Shown one piece after another: positions 9,924 through 21,960 of a stretch of 64,000 nucleotides of DNA. Numbering within the stretch: the stretch's first letter is position 1; every line of letters starts with the position of its first letter. A program made the position numbers and the translations under genes. The notes beneath the pieces were generated by a model. That model was not told the DNA's origin and made no database searches. It saw nothing but the letters and a program-made list of their open reading frames with translations. This DNA is from a virus (taxonomy: Duplodnaviria; Caudoviricetes): the IMG/VR virus record IMGVR_UViG_2562617096_000005; one strand, 5' to 3'.

Positions 9924-12408
9924 ATGGCAGTGAAAGAAAAAATTGAAATAGCTAAAAATACAAATGAGCTATTAGACCACTTAATAAAAATTGTAGAAAA
10001 TAATAGTGAAAGGTTTTCTTTTGAGTGGGTTACAGGTGGCGAAGCTGCAAAAATGGAAATTTACGATAAGGAAAAGAAAATAGGGTATGTAGTTAAACTT
10101 GAACCTATTGAGTATAATGAAAGTCACATTTCATAGAAAGGGAATTTATTATGAAAAATGTTAAACGGTGGTTTGAGAATGATAATGAGGCTTATGAAAT
10201 ATCAGAAGGAAATGGGTTTTTAGATGCTAGAACAGATATAGTGCATTATTTGATTGTAGAGCCGCATAGTGGAACAAATAATAGATGGATGCTTAGAATT
10301 ACGACAAGAGTAGCTTTTGATAGATGGGCTAATTCAACAGGGTTTGAAAAATTTTTTACAACAGAAATAGAACTGTGTGAATTTTTGCAGGCAGCGCAAC
10401 TTGATATTTACAAGGAATTATTAAGATATCTTTCTAAGGAATACGAAGAATTAGAAGAAGCGTTTAATATAGAGTGTAATTAGGAGGAAACAAACCATGA
10501 AACCAGACGGAAAATGTATATGGATATATTACAGAGGAAAATGTGAATACAGCGATTGTAGGAAATGTCTTCATTATAGACCAGATTATAAAGGAGAGGA
10601 ATAATAGTTATGAATAAGAATATTTTTTTAATTGACAAGGATACAAAAGAAAATTTAGGTAATATTGATTTTATTCCTAAAAGAGAAGATAGAATGATTA
10701 TTACAAGAAGCTGGAAAAGATTAGAATACAAAGTGAAATGCATTGTTCATTGTCCTGATGAAAATGGTGTTATAGTATTTGTAGAATTGTCAGACAACTA
10801 TTATGATAAAATAATTGAAAATATTAAATGGAAATAATCTGGCAAGAAACATAGGGACATGGTATACTATATATTACAGGAGACGAAAAGGATTATCTTG
10901 TGTTCCTATTACATACACTTGTCCGGTATGCAGAAAAGAGTTTCAAAGTTTAAGAGAAAAATACTGCCCAGATGAGTGCAGAAAGGTGGCAAGAAAAGAA
11001 ATTCTACATGAAAATAATAAATGGTATTATGAGAATAGGAAGAAAGGCTGGAATTGATCCAGCATAAATAGCAGAATACTTGGATGCAATACGTATTTCT
11101 GCAATGTTACATTGCAAAGATATTTATCCAGATGAAGCAAAAGTTGATGCTGTAAATTTTATAGGGAGGCAAGCAATGGCAAAGCATAATGAAACAAAAA
11201 AAGCATTAATGGAAATTTTTAAAGAACGAGAAGAAAAATGGTATTCAATAAGCGAATTAGAGGAAATATGCAAAGAAGATTATGGGCTTAATTTTGATGA
11301 TAAAAAAGAGAAAAACAACTTATATAATCAGTTATATAGGTTTAAACAAGATGGGATAGTCATATGTAATAGAAGCCTTTATCGAATAAATGACAGAAAA
11401 ATTGACAATGCACTACAAATTATAGAAGATAAAATTGAAAGTTATAAGAATTTCAAATGGTATAGTTGTTCAGATGAAGAGTTGGAAGAAGCTAGAAATA
11501 CCTTGCAACGAATAACGGACTTATCCAGTAAAGTACAAAATTTAATAAACCAGATGAATGATGATACGATAAAAGTGACAGAAGATATTAAAGCAATGTG
11601 AATATGCTGAAGAAATATAGGTTTATTAGGATACAAAATTATTTCAAGGGAAATTATTGTAATAGACAATGAAACAAGCAATGAGCTTGCGTTGTTAGAA
11701 TATTTACCTAAGAAGGATGAACGTATTATATTGGGAAGAATGGAAGTGAAAGAAAAATCATTAAATTGGATATTTTAATATAGTAATATTGTAGATATCA
11801 GGTTAAACTAACTACTGTTTATAAGGAGGCTTAAAAAAGTGAGATGGAAATGCCCTGTTTGTGGTAAAGAGTTTGAGAATTTTGGATTTAAAGAATTTTC
11901 ACAGTGTCCTAAAACAACATTGTTTGGAAATTTTAAGAAAAAAACAGTGGATGGAGAATTTCAAATAGTTAATAGATTGATAAATAAACCAGTGTGTTCT
12001 GAAGAATGTAAGAAAAGAAACGAGGATAAATATTTTGTAGAGGAATACAAGGGAAATAAAATCTATTGTGTATATGGTGTATATTTACCATATCTTGAAT
12101 GTGGCGATTGGTACAATAGTATCGAAGATATAAAAGAAAAAATTGATAATGCACGTATGAAAGAATAGGAGTGTGCAATTATGAGGAATATATTTCATCG
12201 GCATAGATACAAAATTATTGGCACAGGTGATAGATTAAGTCTATTCACAAATGAAAAAGATGGTCTGGAAGTAGACATTATGTGCAAATGCGGAAAATGC
12301 GGTACAGTAATTGTTCCAGAGTCTCTTAGGGACAAGGTGCTTATACAAGCTGCTAAAGGGAAATATTTTAATGCTCCGTACATTGTTAGTGCAGATCGGT
12401 TAATGTAA
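9924..12408 (+). CDS. Cluster of small hypothetical proteins (9924-10136, 10151-10483, 10610-10837, 11176-11601, 11839-12168, 12181-12408)
   Basis: ORFs with RBS; several have CxxC zinc-ribbon motifs. Confidence 0.6.
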
Positions 12409-12433
12409 AAGATGATAAAATAAAACGAAACAG

Positions 12434-12463
12434 AAAGGTGATACTTAGGTATCATCTTTTTTT
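12434..12463 (+). terminator. Intrinsic terminator
   Basis: AAGGTGATAC-TTAG-GTATCATCTT followed by a T run. Confidence 0.75.
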
Positions 12464-12490
12464 ATTACAAATGAAAAAGGGGTTTTAAAT

Positions 12491-13070
12491 ATGTGTAAAG
12501 AAGCAAAATATAAATTACAGGTTGGACTATGGTGGGGCGTTGACGGTCATGATATTAAAGTTATATCCATTAACGGAAAAGAAGCGAGAGTCAGAGAAAA
12601 ATGGATTTCAGAAGATACGTTGGAAGTTGTTATTCAAACAGAAGTTTACGACATTGTTGTTATAGACGACTGTGAATATATACAAAGTAGGGATTATCCT
12701 AAGTTTAGATTGTGTGCTAATGCTGCATTTAATTATCCATTTGAAGAGGATACCTATATAACAACTTCTGATTCTGGTTATAATTGTCAAAAAGGTGAAA
12801 AGAATGAATAATGTAATCTTTGATCCAGATGAATATATAAAGAGTGGAGGTGTTATAGAAGATGTAGAATTTTTAGAAATAAGAGAGAATATGAGGAAAC
12901 ATAAGAAAATTGATTTGCGAGAGCAAAAACGCTATGGAATAATGCTTTTGTTCATTTCTTATGGTATAATGAAGTTAAGTAAAATAATACCTGAATTATT
13001 ATTTTGGGTATTTATTTTAGGTACATTAGGTATTACCGCTATTTTAAGTAAAGAAAAAATTATATTTTAA
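12491..13070 (+). CDS. Two hypothetical proteins (12491-12811; 12804-13070 membrane protein)
   Basis: ORFs with RBS; the second has two hydrophobic helices. Confidence 0.6.
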
Positions 13071-13196
13071 AGGAGGAGAAAGTTATGTCATTTTATCCGG
13101 TAGTTTTAGGCTTACCTTATGAGTTAGGTTTTTTGACTCCATTTATATTGGTGATTTATTTAATTTATAAGTGTACTAAGAAATAGAGATAAGGGA

Positions 13197-13311
13197 AAAT
13201 AAGACCTTAAATAAGAAAAATAAGGATTTTAAATAAGCTAATTAGCATTTCTTAAATAAGCTAATTAGCTTATTTTTATTTTGCTCAAATAAGAGAAATA
13301 AGAAAAATAAG
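13197..13311. repeat. AAATAAG repeat field with 22-bp palindrome (operator/iteron-like)
   Basis: Eight direct AAATAAG copies, several 9 bp apart; palindrome AAATAAGCTAATTAGCTTATTT at 13254-13275. Confidence 0.7.
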
Positions 13312-13323
13312 GAGATAAAGATA

Positions 13324-14259
13324 ATGGCAGCAAAAAGGATGTTCAATATTAAATTGATAAAATCTGATGCGTTTACATCTATGCCATTAAGCACTCAAGC
13401 TTTATATTTTCATTTGAATTTAGAAGCTGATGATGATGGATTTATTGGTAATCCAAAAGGAGTACAGAGATTTGTAGGTGCTTCGGATGATGACCTGAAT
13501 TTGCTTATATATAAAGGGTTTTTGATTAAATTTGACTCTGGTGTTGTGGTCGTAAAACATTGGAGAATGCACAATACATTGAAAGGTGATAGATATGTAG
13601 AGACGGCTTATCAGGAAGAAGGAAGTATGCTGTATTTGAAAAAGAATGGAGCATATACTTTTGATGCAGAGCAAGCTGTTACTAGATTAGAAAATAAGTG
13701 GAACCAAAATGTTTCCAAAATGTTTCCACAGTCGAGTACAGTACAGTGTAGTGTAGTAGAGAGTAGTAAAGAGTTGTTGTTACCAAATAAGGAAAATAAG
13801 GGTGAGGCTTTGCCTCCACCTATAGCAACAGCAACAATAGAAACTGTTAAACAACAGCATACATATATACCTCCATCTGGAATATACGTTGAGATACAAA
13901 ATTTATATAACAATATTTGTATAAAACTTCAGCCAGTAGAGAGGATGACAAACAAGAGAAAGCGTTTTATCAATACATTGTTAGATAATGGGTTTATAAT
14001 ATCAGATTTTGAAAAAGCTTTCCGTAGAGTTGATGAGTCTGAATATTTTAACAGTCTGAAAGACGGTCAATGGAAACCAACGTTTGACTGGATCATTCAG
14101 GAAGATAACATGAGTGCGGTACTGGAAGGGAAATACGACAAAAGCTTTGATTTTAAAGGGGGAAATGCTGAAAAGAAGAACAAATTTAACAACTTCAAAG
14201 GGAGAGGATATTCTTCTGACGAAATGCAGAACTTAGAGAGGAAGTTATTAAGTCAGTAA
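13324..14259 (+). CDS. Phage replisome organizer / replication initiator
   Basis: KRMF...SDAFTSMPLSTQALYFHL...ADDDGFI N-terminus; FDWII...VLEGKY C-terminus. Confidence 0.85.
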   Translation: MAAKRMFNIKLIKSDAFTSMPLSTQALYFHLNLEADDDGFIGNPKGVQRFVGASDDDLNLLIYKGFLIKFDSGVVVVKHWRMHNTLKGDRYVETAYQEEGSMLYLKKNGAYTFDAEQAVTRLENKWNQNVSKMFPQSSTVQCSVVESSKELLLPNKENKGEALPPPIATATIETVKQQHTYIPPSGIYVEIQNLYNNICIKLQPVERMTNKRKRFINTLLDNGFIISDFEKAFRRVDESEYFNSLKDGQWKPTFDWIIQEDNMSAVLEGKYDKSFDFKGGNAEKKNKFNNFKGRGYSSDEMQNLERKLLSQ

Positions 14260-14306
14260 AAAGCGTTCCTATGTGAGCGTTTAAATAAAAACATTAAAAA
14301 GGAGAA

Positions 14307-14972
14307 ATGAACATGAGTGAATTAAAAATTTTTGAAAACAAAGAATTTGGACAAGTGAGAATAGTGATGATTGATGGAGAACCTTGGTTTGTTGGAAAGG
14401 ATGTAGCAAGAGCACTTGGATATGGTGAAGGAAAATCCCTTAACAATGCGATTGCGAATCATGTAGATGATGAAGATAAAGGTGTCACTGAAATGATGAC
14501 TCCCGGTGGAAAACAAAATATGACTATTATTAACGAGTCAGGTCTATATGCTCTTATCTTCGGCAGCAAGCTAAAATCTGCTAAAGAGTTTAAACACTGG
14601 GTAACGAGCGAGGTACTTCCATCAGTCCACAAAACAGGAAAATACGAAGCTAATAAAAATAACACTATTATTCCAACTGTAGTCGGTAGTGTAACCCAAA
14701 TTCCTCCTCTTGGTAACTGGTACGATAAAATGAAACTTCGTATTGATGCTTTATGTGAGATATATGATACAAGCAGAAAACAGTTATATCACTTAATCCT
14801 TACTCAAGTACAAGGAAAATACAGTTGGGATTATGCAGTGATGGCATATATCAATGAGACTGGTTCTGCTCCGAGATATCCTATGGATGTTGTCGCTCAT
14901 TTCCAGCAGCTTCAAACAGAAGCAGAGAATATAATTAATATTCTTTTAGAACATGCAGGATACAATATTTAA
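14307..14972 (+). CDS. BRO-N domain antirepressor-like protein
   Basis: FENKEFGQVR...GEPWFVGKDVA...INESGLYALI...FKHWVTSEVLPS. Confidence 0.9.
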   Translation: MNMSELKIFENKEFGQVRIVMIDGEPWFVGKDVARALGYGEGKSLNNAIANHVDDEDKGVTEMMTPGGKQNMTIINESGLYALIFGSKLKSAKEFKHWVTSEVLPSVHKTGKYEANKNNTIIPTVVGSVTQIPPLGNWYDKMKLRIDALCEIYDTSRKQLYHLILTQVQGKYSWDYAVMAYINETGSAPRYPMDVVAHFQQLQTEAENIINILLEHAGYNI

Positions 14973-15037
14973 ATTTAATACTTACAGTGGAACAAAGAGT
15001 GAAAATACATAGTAAATAGAATTTAGGAGGATATATT

Positions 15038-16090
15038 ATGAGTTTAAGAAAAGCAAATATTACATGGAACAGTAAACAAATATCAAAGATGATTGATAAT
15101 GAAAAAGTTACTTTTGACAATGTTGTGCAAAGAGGAGATGTATGGGAAACAGCAAGGAGGTCTTATCTTATCGACTCTATGATTACGGGATATCCTGTAC
15201 CTCCAATTTACGCCAAGAGAGGAGATGAAAAAATCTATGATATTCTGGAAGGACAACAAAGATTATTGACTATCAATAAGCTTCTTCATGATGAATTTGC
15301 TCTTACTGGATTAAATGATATTGTTATCATTGATGAAGTAACAGGAGAAATGAAAACTTATCAATTGAATGGTCTTCGATTTTCAGAATTGCCTGAAGAA
15401 ATTCAAGAGATAATAAATACATTTAACTTTACAATTTATTATTTCGATGATATTACGCCGGAAGAAGTGAGAGAAATGTTCAAGCGTTTAAATAACGGAA
15501 AACCATTGTCAACTAAAGAAAGAAATATTGCTAATTGTGAAGATATTGAGAATATTATGGAAATTGGTGAACACGAAATTTTTCATGAAATGATGAATAA
15601 GAAAGCTTATCATGCAAAGAAGTATGTTCCAATTATCGTGAAAATGTATTTAATGATTTACGAGCCATTAGATGAAGTTTCTTTTGAAGGAAAACATTTT
15701 AATCCAGTAATTGAAAAGCTTAGAATTACTGAGGAAGAGAAAAAGAAATTGATAGATGTATTTGATTTAATAGAATATGTACACGATTCTATTGCCAGTG
15801 ATACGGATAAGGCTAGTGCAAAGATTGCTAAGAAGATATATAAAGAAACACATTTAGTATCACTTATACCATTTGTGAAAAAGGCAGTAGAAGAAAATCT
15901 AAATGCAGACATATTTACGGATTGGATAATGAAGTTCTTTTCTTCAACTGACGGAGCTAGTATTTCAGATGAATATAATCTTGCATCTCAAGCTGGTTCG
16001 GCAAAAAATGAAAATATCCAGAAAAGACATAGAGCTTTAGAGAAAAACTTTGAAGAGTTTTTCGACAAAATTGAAAACATTGAAATGTAA
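15038..16090 (+). CDS. DUF262 (ParB-like) domain protein
   Basis: QRGDVW, LIDSM...YPVP, EGQQRL (DGQQR variant), FKRLNNGKPL. Confidence 0.8.
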   Translation: MSLRKANITWNSKQISKMIDNEKVTFDNVVQRGDVWETARRSYLIDSMITGYPVPPIYAKRGDEKIYDILEGQQRLLTINKLLHDEFALTGLNDIVIIDEVTGEMKTYQLNGLRFSELPEEIQEIINTFNFTIYYFDDITPEEVREMFKRLNNGKPLSTKERNIANCEDIENIMEIGEHEIFHEMMNKKAYHAKKYVPIIVKMYLMIYEPLDEVSFEGKHFNPVIEKLRITEEEKKKLIDVFDLIEYVHDSIASDTDKASAKIAKKIYKETHLVSLIPFVKKAVEENLNADIFTDWIMKFFSSTDGASISDEYNLASQAGSAKNENIQKRHRALEKNFEEFFDKIENIEM

Positions 16091-16129
16091 TTAACGCAGC
16101 TTAGGCTGCTATTTTTTATGGAGGAAAAT

Positions 16130-17484
16130 ATGTGTCAGAATAATTTTAATCCTTTGGAAGAATTTGCAAAAAGAGGAACAGGTTTTGTAAACGGAGAAAA
16201 GAGAATTCTAAAATTCTTTCAGGAAAACAAAAATAAAAAAGATAGGGTGGATTTTCTGAAAAATGAATTTGGAGTAGGAGGATTTAGTTTTTCTTCAACA
16301 GAAGCAAATTTGCTAACAAGAGGAGATACAAATGCTAAAGGAATCACGTTGAGATACAACAATGATACAGATTTTGGCATTGAGAAAAAGTACACATGGA
16401 AGGAATTGGTTGATTGTATTGATGCAATGATTGAGAAGGAGGAATATGTAAATGAAAAAATTTAACTGGGAAGAATTTAAATATAAAAATAACAAGATTG
16501 CAGTGCATTGTAAAACAGAGGAGGAAGCAAAAGATTTCTGTAATCAGATGCATGAGCATGGGATGAAGTGGGGTGATGGTGATAGTTATTTGGAAAATAT
16601 AAACTATAATAAATATCTTGGTAAAACGTGCTACAGCAATAGTTGTTTGTATGGCGGATATGATTTTTATGAACAAATAGGTTATAGAATTTTAGAGTGG
16701 AGTGATTACATGGGAGTTGGAAATAAAGAATTTACAAAGGCAGATTTAAAAGACGGTATGGTTGTTGAATACAAAAATGGAAAAAGAAGGCTTGTTATTG
16801 CAAATATGTTGATAGGTGAAGACGGATTTTTAACGTTAGACTCATTCCGGGAAAATTTAGAAAATATTAAATTTATGGACCATACAATTGTAAAAATTTT
16901 CAAAATAAAAGAAGCTATGACATTTAATTATATTCTTGATGATGATAACCTTAAACTCATCTGGGAACGTATTGAAGTCAAACACATGACTGTTGATGAA
17001 ATGCAAAAGAAGTTGGAAGAGCTGACTGGAGAGAGGGTTGAGTTTGAGCCGAGTGTGGAAGAAATGATTGGAGTTATTTGCAAATATTGTAGAAAAGCTA
17101 AATGCAATACGTGTGTTATACCAAGTGGAATGAGTTGTAATTTTGCTAACTATAGCAAAGACGAAGTAAAGAAAGCGTATGAGAAGGTGATGGAAGATGG
17201 ACGAAAAGAAAGTTAGAGAAGTGATAGAAGATTTTAAGGAAATAGTTTTAATGTCTTCTGCAATGGGATTTGATATTACTTCTGGACAGTGTGATTTAAT
17301 AATCGAAGCACTTGAAAAGCAGTTGCCGAGGAAACCTAACTTTGAAGGAGATGGATACGCTCCTAATGGAACATTTGTGTATGACACGTGGATATGTCCG
17401 AGTTGTGAGGGATACTATGAAGTTGACTATGATGATTACGTTTATTGCCCGCAGTGCGGACAGAAACTTGATTGGTCGGAATAA
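16130..17484 (+). CDS. Three hypothetical phage proteins (16130-16465, 16452-17216, 17197-17484 with a zinc ribbon)
   Basis: Overlapping ORFs; CPSC...YCPQCGQKLDW in the third. Confidence 0.65.
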
Positions 17485-17519
17485 ATGAGTTGAATTAGAC
17501 TTAGAAAGGTGAAAGAAAT

Positions 17520-17687
17520 ATAGACGAACCAAAGAAATACCCGTTTTGCGGTGGGGAAGCTAAAATATACAAATCGTTTAATTACATTAGCAAATACAGA
17601 GTGTAATGTGCAAAATGCGAGATGTGTTCACCAAATTACAACAAATCAGAAGAAGCAATCGAAGTATGGAATAGGAGAGTGAAATAA
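17520..17687 (+). pseudogene. Lar-family restriction-alleviation protein pseudogene
   Basis: Reads IDEPKKYPFCGGEAK...RV*CAKC...EEAIEVWNRR; ATA in place of ATG, first Cys replaced by Tyr, internal TAA at 17604. Confidence 0.75.
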
Positions 17688-19871
17688 ATGTCTATTTATA
17701 GAGAAGTAATAACAGAAGTTTACTGTGATGTATGCGGAGAAAAAGTTATAGGATGGAATAGCACAAGAAATGATGGAGTGAGTAAAATATGGGCGGGATA
17801 TTATGCAAGATTAATGGGTTGCACAGTAGGAAAAAAGGTAGTGTGCAAACAGTGTCGAATAAAGAAACGTATAGAAAAATGCAATCTACAAAAGAGGTAT
17901 GGATGCGTAGAAAAAGACAAGAACGGTGCTTGCTTGGGGATTGGTGAACAATGCAAACACTGTATTGCGTGCGCTGCTTTTGACTGGGAAGAAGAAAGGA
18001 AACGGTTGAGTAAATGAAAAAATATAAATGCAAGAAGTCTTTTTATGTAGATAAATACGACAATGATGGATTTTTGATAAACGATGGAATGGTAATTGAA
18101 GAAGGGAAAATTTACGAATTAAATGAAAGTGAGTACATGATAATTGGTGGGAAAGACCATGTTCATCTTGACGCTGTAGATGATGGCTCATGGTTAGAAA
18201 TCACAAAAGAGCATTTAGTAGAGTATTTTGAGTTCATGGAGGTAGAGTGATGGGTGATGCAATTTATAACCAAGCTGTAAAGGAAATGAGAAGCCTTGCA
18301 GAACATGTGATGCAAGATATTCAAGAATTTGCAGATGAACATGACTATGAAAAAACGTGGGTTGTTGAAAGATTTAGAGAGGAATTTAACAGGATATCAA
18401 GAAAAGAGGGATAACATGAACGTACTAGAGAAGATTTTGGAAGAGATAAAAGAAGCAACATTTCAAGAAGATGCGCCTATTTATATGGGTGATATGGAAG
18501 TGGATGGATATGTGCGAGCAAGCAGGATAGAAGAGATCATTCGTTCTCACATGGATGATGGTAGCAAAAGTGATTGGATACCATGCAGTGAGAGGTTGCC
18601 TGAAAAACCTGTATTTGGAGAAGATTCGTATATTGTTCAAACAAATAATATAATAACCCCATTCTCTGCTTTTTGGGATGGAGAAGAATGGACAGATGTA
18701 AGTGATGACAAAGTAAAAGGGGTAATTGCATGGCAGCCGCTTCCAAAAAGATATAAAGGAAAATAAGATTATGAGTAGTGATTTAATTAGTAGACAGGCG
18801 TTAATTCGATCAATTGTTAAAGAATATGATACACAATTTGGACAATATTCTCTCATGGAAATGATTGACGAAGTACAAAAAGAGCCGACTGCTTATGATG
18901 TAGATAAGGTTATAGAGCAGTTACAGAAAGCAAAAACCAGAATGTCGTGTTATCGGTTAAACAATATTGCAGACGATAGAATAAGTATTGATGAAGCAAT
19001 TGAAATTGTACGAAAGGGTGGTATTGAGAAATGAAAAGACTGACAATTAGTGGAACTGGTGAAGCAAGAACAGATGTTACGATTAAAGAAGTGCTAGATA
19101 GACTGAGATTTTATGAAGACTACGATGAACGAGAAGAATTGCTGATACACGCTTTTACCATCGAAACTACAGTTTTATGTTCAGAATGTGGACATTCGCG
19201 AAGTGCAGTGTCAGAAACATGGATTAGACCTGATTTGTTGAAGTGTGATAGATTTTACACAACAAAAGAAGAAGCAGAAAAAGCACTAGAGCAGATGAAG
19301 AAAGATGAGGAATAAAAACATGCATATAAGTTATCAGGGAATTTCTGAACCGAAAAAAGAGCCAAAAGATATGCTTATAGAGTGCTTGAAAGATGTAAGA
19401 GCTGATATCAGTCAAGCATGTAATAGGATTGAAGATAAAAATTTATATAAGGCAATGGGAAGGATTGATAATTTTCTTACAATCCTCAGCTATTTAAATA
19501 ACGCAGAGGAGGTTGAATAGATATGGGGTATGTAATAATGCTATTTCTTTTAATCGGTTGGGTATTCAGCAGAGGAACAAGTGATGTTGCTTTAGTGGCT
19601 GCTGGATTATTTGCAATTGCTGGAGCTATCAGTTTTCATGAGTAGAGGATGGTGATATAATATGAGTAAAGAAGCAAAAAGTCTTAGGTGGTTAGCAAAT
19701 ATGTTTCCGCTTACCAATGTTCCGTTAGATGAGACTGATAAAATATCAAATGCAATTCATATATATTGCACTGCTGGCGCAGAAAAAATTGACCAGCTTC
19801 AAAAAGAAAATGAAATACTTTTGGAATATTTAAAGAACAAAGGAGTTGATTTGAATGACCGGAAGATTTGA
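17688..19871 (+). CDS. Cluster of small phage ORFs including a DUF551 protein (18416-18766)
   Basis: WIPCSERLPE...VIAWQPLP marks DUF551; the others are short tandem ORFs. Confidence 0.65.
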
Positions 19872-20868
19872 GCATAAGCTTGCCATAGAAGAAAAGCTTG
19901 AAAACCATATAAAAGAGAAACCGATATGGTTAAGAGATTATTATTATAGTATGGCGAATAACACTGCTGCGACAAAAAGGAAATACCTTGGAGATGTAGA
20001 AATGTTTTTGAATAGTATTGCTGATGGAATGGGAGTTGAAATTGCAGAGCTTAAATTAGAAAACATCACTACATCTGTAATTAACCGCTATTTTACTAAA
20101 AGAAATCAGGAGTTAATTTCTGGAAAACCAATATCTAACGCAACAATCGCAACTCAAATCAGCAGCTTACATAATTTCTTTGATTTTCTTTATAGATTTG
20201 AGTATATATCAGAAAATCCAATGGAAAAAGCGATTAAAAGACCTTCTGTAAAGCTTAAAGACGAAATTTCATATTTGACAGAAGATGAGATTTCGATTAT
20301 TATAAAAAATCTCAATGAGGGAGTTGGGTCAAAACACGCCAGAACGTCTCAAAAGAAATATCAGGATAGAGATAGGTTGCTGTTCCTTATTCCTCTATCA
20401 ACTGGATGTAGAGTATCAGCATTGAGTGAAATCAATGTGAGTGATATTGATTTCGAAAATTGTTTAATACATACAATTGATAAGAGAGATAAAGAATTTG
20501 AGTACGAGGTCACAAAAGAACTTATGGATATCATTCGTAGATGGTGCGATAGGAGGAAACTAATTCCGGGAATAGAAGCAACAGATGCTTTATTTGTTTC
20601 TAAAAAATCTGATGGATGTAAAAGGCTCGGAGTTGGCGCAATTCAAAAAATTATTGCAAAATATTCTGAGGGGATAGATAGAAAAATAAGCCCACATGAG
20701 TTGCGTAGAACATTTGGTACAAATGTATATCGAATGAAGGGAGATATATATTTGACATCAGAATTGCTCGGACACAGTAGTCCTACAACCACGAAAAGGT
20801 ACGCATCGGTAAACAAACAAGAAATGAAAGAAGTAAGAGGAGCGATAATCAATAACCTGCTAAAATAA
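19855..20868 (+). CDS. Tyrosine recombinase/integrase
   Basis: Catalytic set present: TGCR, K, HELRR, LGH, C-terminal Y (TTKRY). Confidence 0.9.
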   Translation: MTGRFEHKLAIEEKLENHIKEKPIWLRDYYYSMANNTAATKRKYLGDVEMFLNSIADGMGVEIAELKLENITTSVINRYFTKRNQELISGKPISNATIATQISSLHNFFDFLYRFEYISENPMEKAIKRPSVKLKDEISYLTEDEISIIIKNLNEGVGSKHARTSQKKYQDRDRLLFLIPLSTGCRVSALSEINVSDIDFENCLIHTIDKRDKEFEYEVTKELMDIIRRWCDRRKLIPGIEATDALFVSKKSDGCKRLGVGAIQKIIAKYSEGIDRKISPHELRRTFGTNVYRMKGDIYLTSELLGHSSPTTTKRYASVNKQEMKEVRGAIINNLLK

Positions 20869-20947
20869 GTTTATTTACATTTACTGGAAAAAATTTCCAA
20901 AAGATGATAATATACTACTGTACATAACAGAAAGTTGAGGAAAGCCT

Positions 20948-21946
20948 ATGTATAATGAGGATGTGAAAAATAGCTATGTAAAAAAATTAAAATATAAGGT
21001 CGATACGAAAGAAATGATGGATGTACTTACATTGTTCCAAAAATCTTCTATATTGGAAGAAAAATACAATTGTGATTTAGCGTACTTTAATAGAGAACAG
21101 TTAATAGAGTTGATAAAAATGTTCAACTTTACATCTATTTATAGGGTGAGGGAAATCCAAAGAAGAATAAACCGTTATGTTGTATATTGTTCAGAAGAAT
21201 ATGACAAATCAATCAAAAAAACGACCATAAGCCAAGATAAAATAAGAGAAATAGCAAATAGCGGAAATAGCAAATTGGCAGTAATTAGTAAGGAAATGTT
21301 TGAAATGCTTGTAGATAAAATGCTTAAAAATAACAATGCTCAAGGAGCATTTGCGCTCGTAGCTGCATGGTCTGGATTGTCTGGCTATGGACTTTCGGAA
21401 ATTACTCTTGTCAAATTGTCTAATATAGATTTTAGCAATAAAAAGTTGAAAATATACGAATACGACCCCGTGAGCGATAAAATCATTTTTACCAGAACGA
21501 CAGTAGTCTCTGACTTATTTATTAAAGTAGCTGAGTTGGCTGATAAAGAGATAGAGTACATAGATAATATTGGTAGAGCAATAGGTATATACGAAAATAG
21601 CGAATATGTTATTAAAACAAGGATTACAAGCAGAAATTTAGATACCAGCGAAACTAAAGATTTGAGATTATTTATCGAAAGAAGAAGAAAAAATATCCAA
21701 GATAGATTGATGAGGTTGAGAAATAGTGATGATTTTTATTTTCCAAACCTTAATTTTGAAAGCATAAGGCGTTCCGGTATAGCTTCTGTAACAATAGATG
21801 TAGCAAACGCTTTAGGCGTTCCGTTAAGCAAACTTGAAGAAGATGATAGTAATTTTGTTATCAAACCGATACTGGACAAATTTAATATTGACATGACTTA
21901 TATGCGTAGTATAATTAGTACACATATTTTAAAATATAGCCAATAG
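20948..21946 (+). CDS. MrpR/YopR-like repressor with degenerate recombinase fold
   Basis: MYNEDVK start, SIRRSG near the C-terminus, no HxxR or catalytic Tyr context; follows a recombinase as in SPbeta. Confidence 0.6.
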   Translation: MYNEDVKNSYVKKLKYKVDTKEMMDVLTLFQKSSILEEKYNCDLAYFNREQLIELIKMFNFTSIYRVREIQRRINRYVVYCSEEYDKSIKKTTISQDKIREIANSGNSKLAVISKEMFEMLVDKMLKNNNAQGAFALVAAWSGLSGYGLSEITLVKLSNIDFSNKKLKIYEYDPVSDKIIFTRTTVVSDLFIKVAELADKEIEYIDNIGRAIGIYENSEYVIKTRITSRNLDTSETKDLRLFIERRRKNIQDRLMRLRNSDDFYFPNLNFESIRRSGIASVTIDVANALGVPLSKLEEDDSNFVIKPILDKFNIDMTYMRSIISTHILKYSQ

Positions 21947-21960
21947 GCTATATTTTTTTA
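21932..21960 (+). terminator. Intrinsic terminator
   Basis: AAATATAGCC-AATA-GGCTATATTT followed by a T run. Confidence 0.65.

Noticed and set aside
5081-10497. Repeat GTAATTAGGAGGAAACAAA near 5081 and 10477
   Set aside because: Mostly stop codon plus SD plus A-rich spacer, and only two copies.
11649-11778. Fragment resembling ORF 10610-10837 (IIVIDNET...YLPKKDERII)
   Set aside because: Short and without a clear start; at most a decayed paralog.
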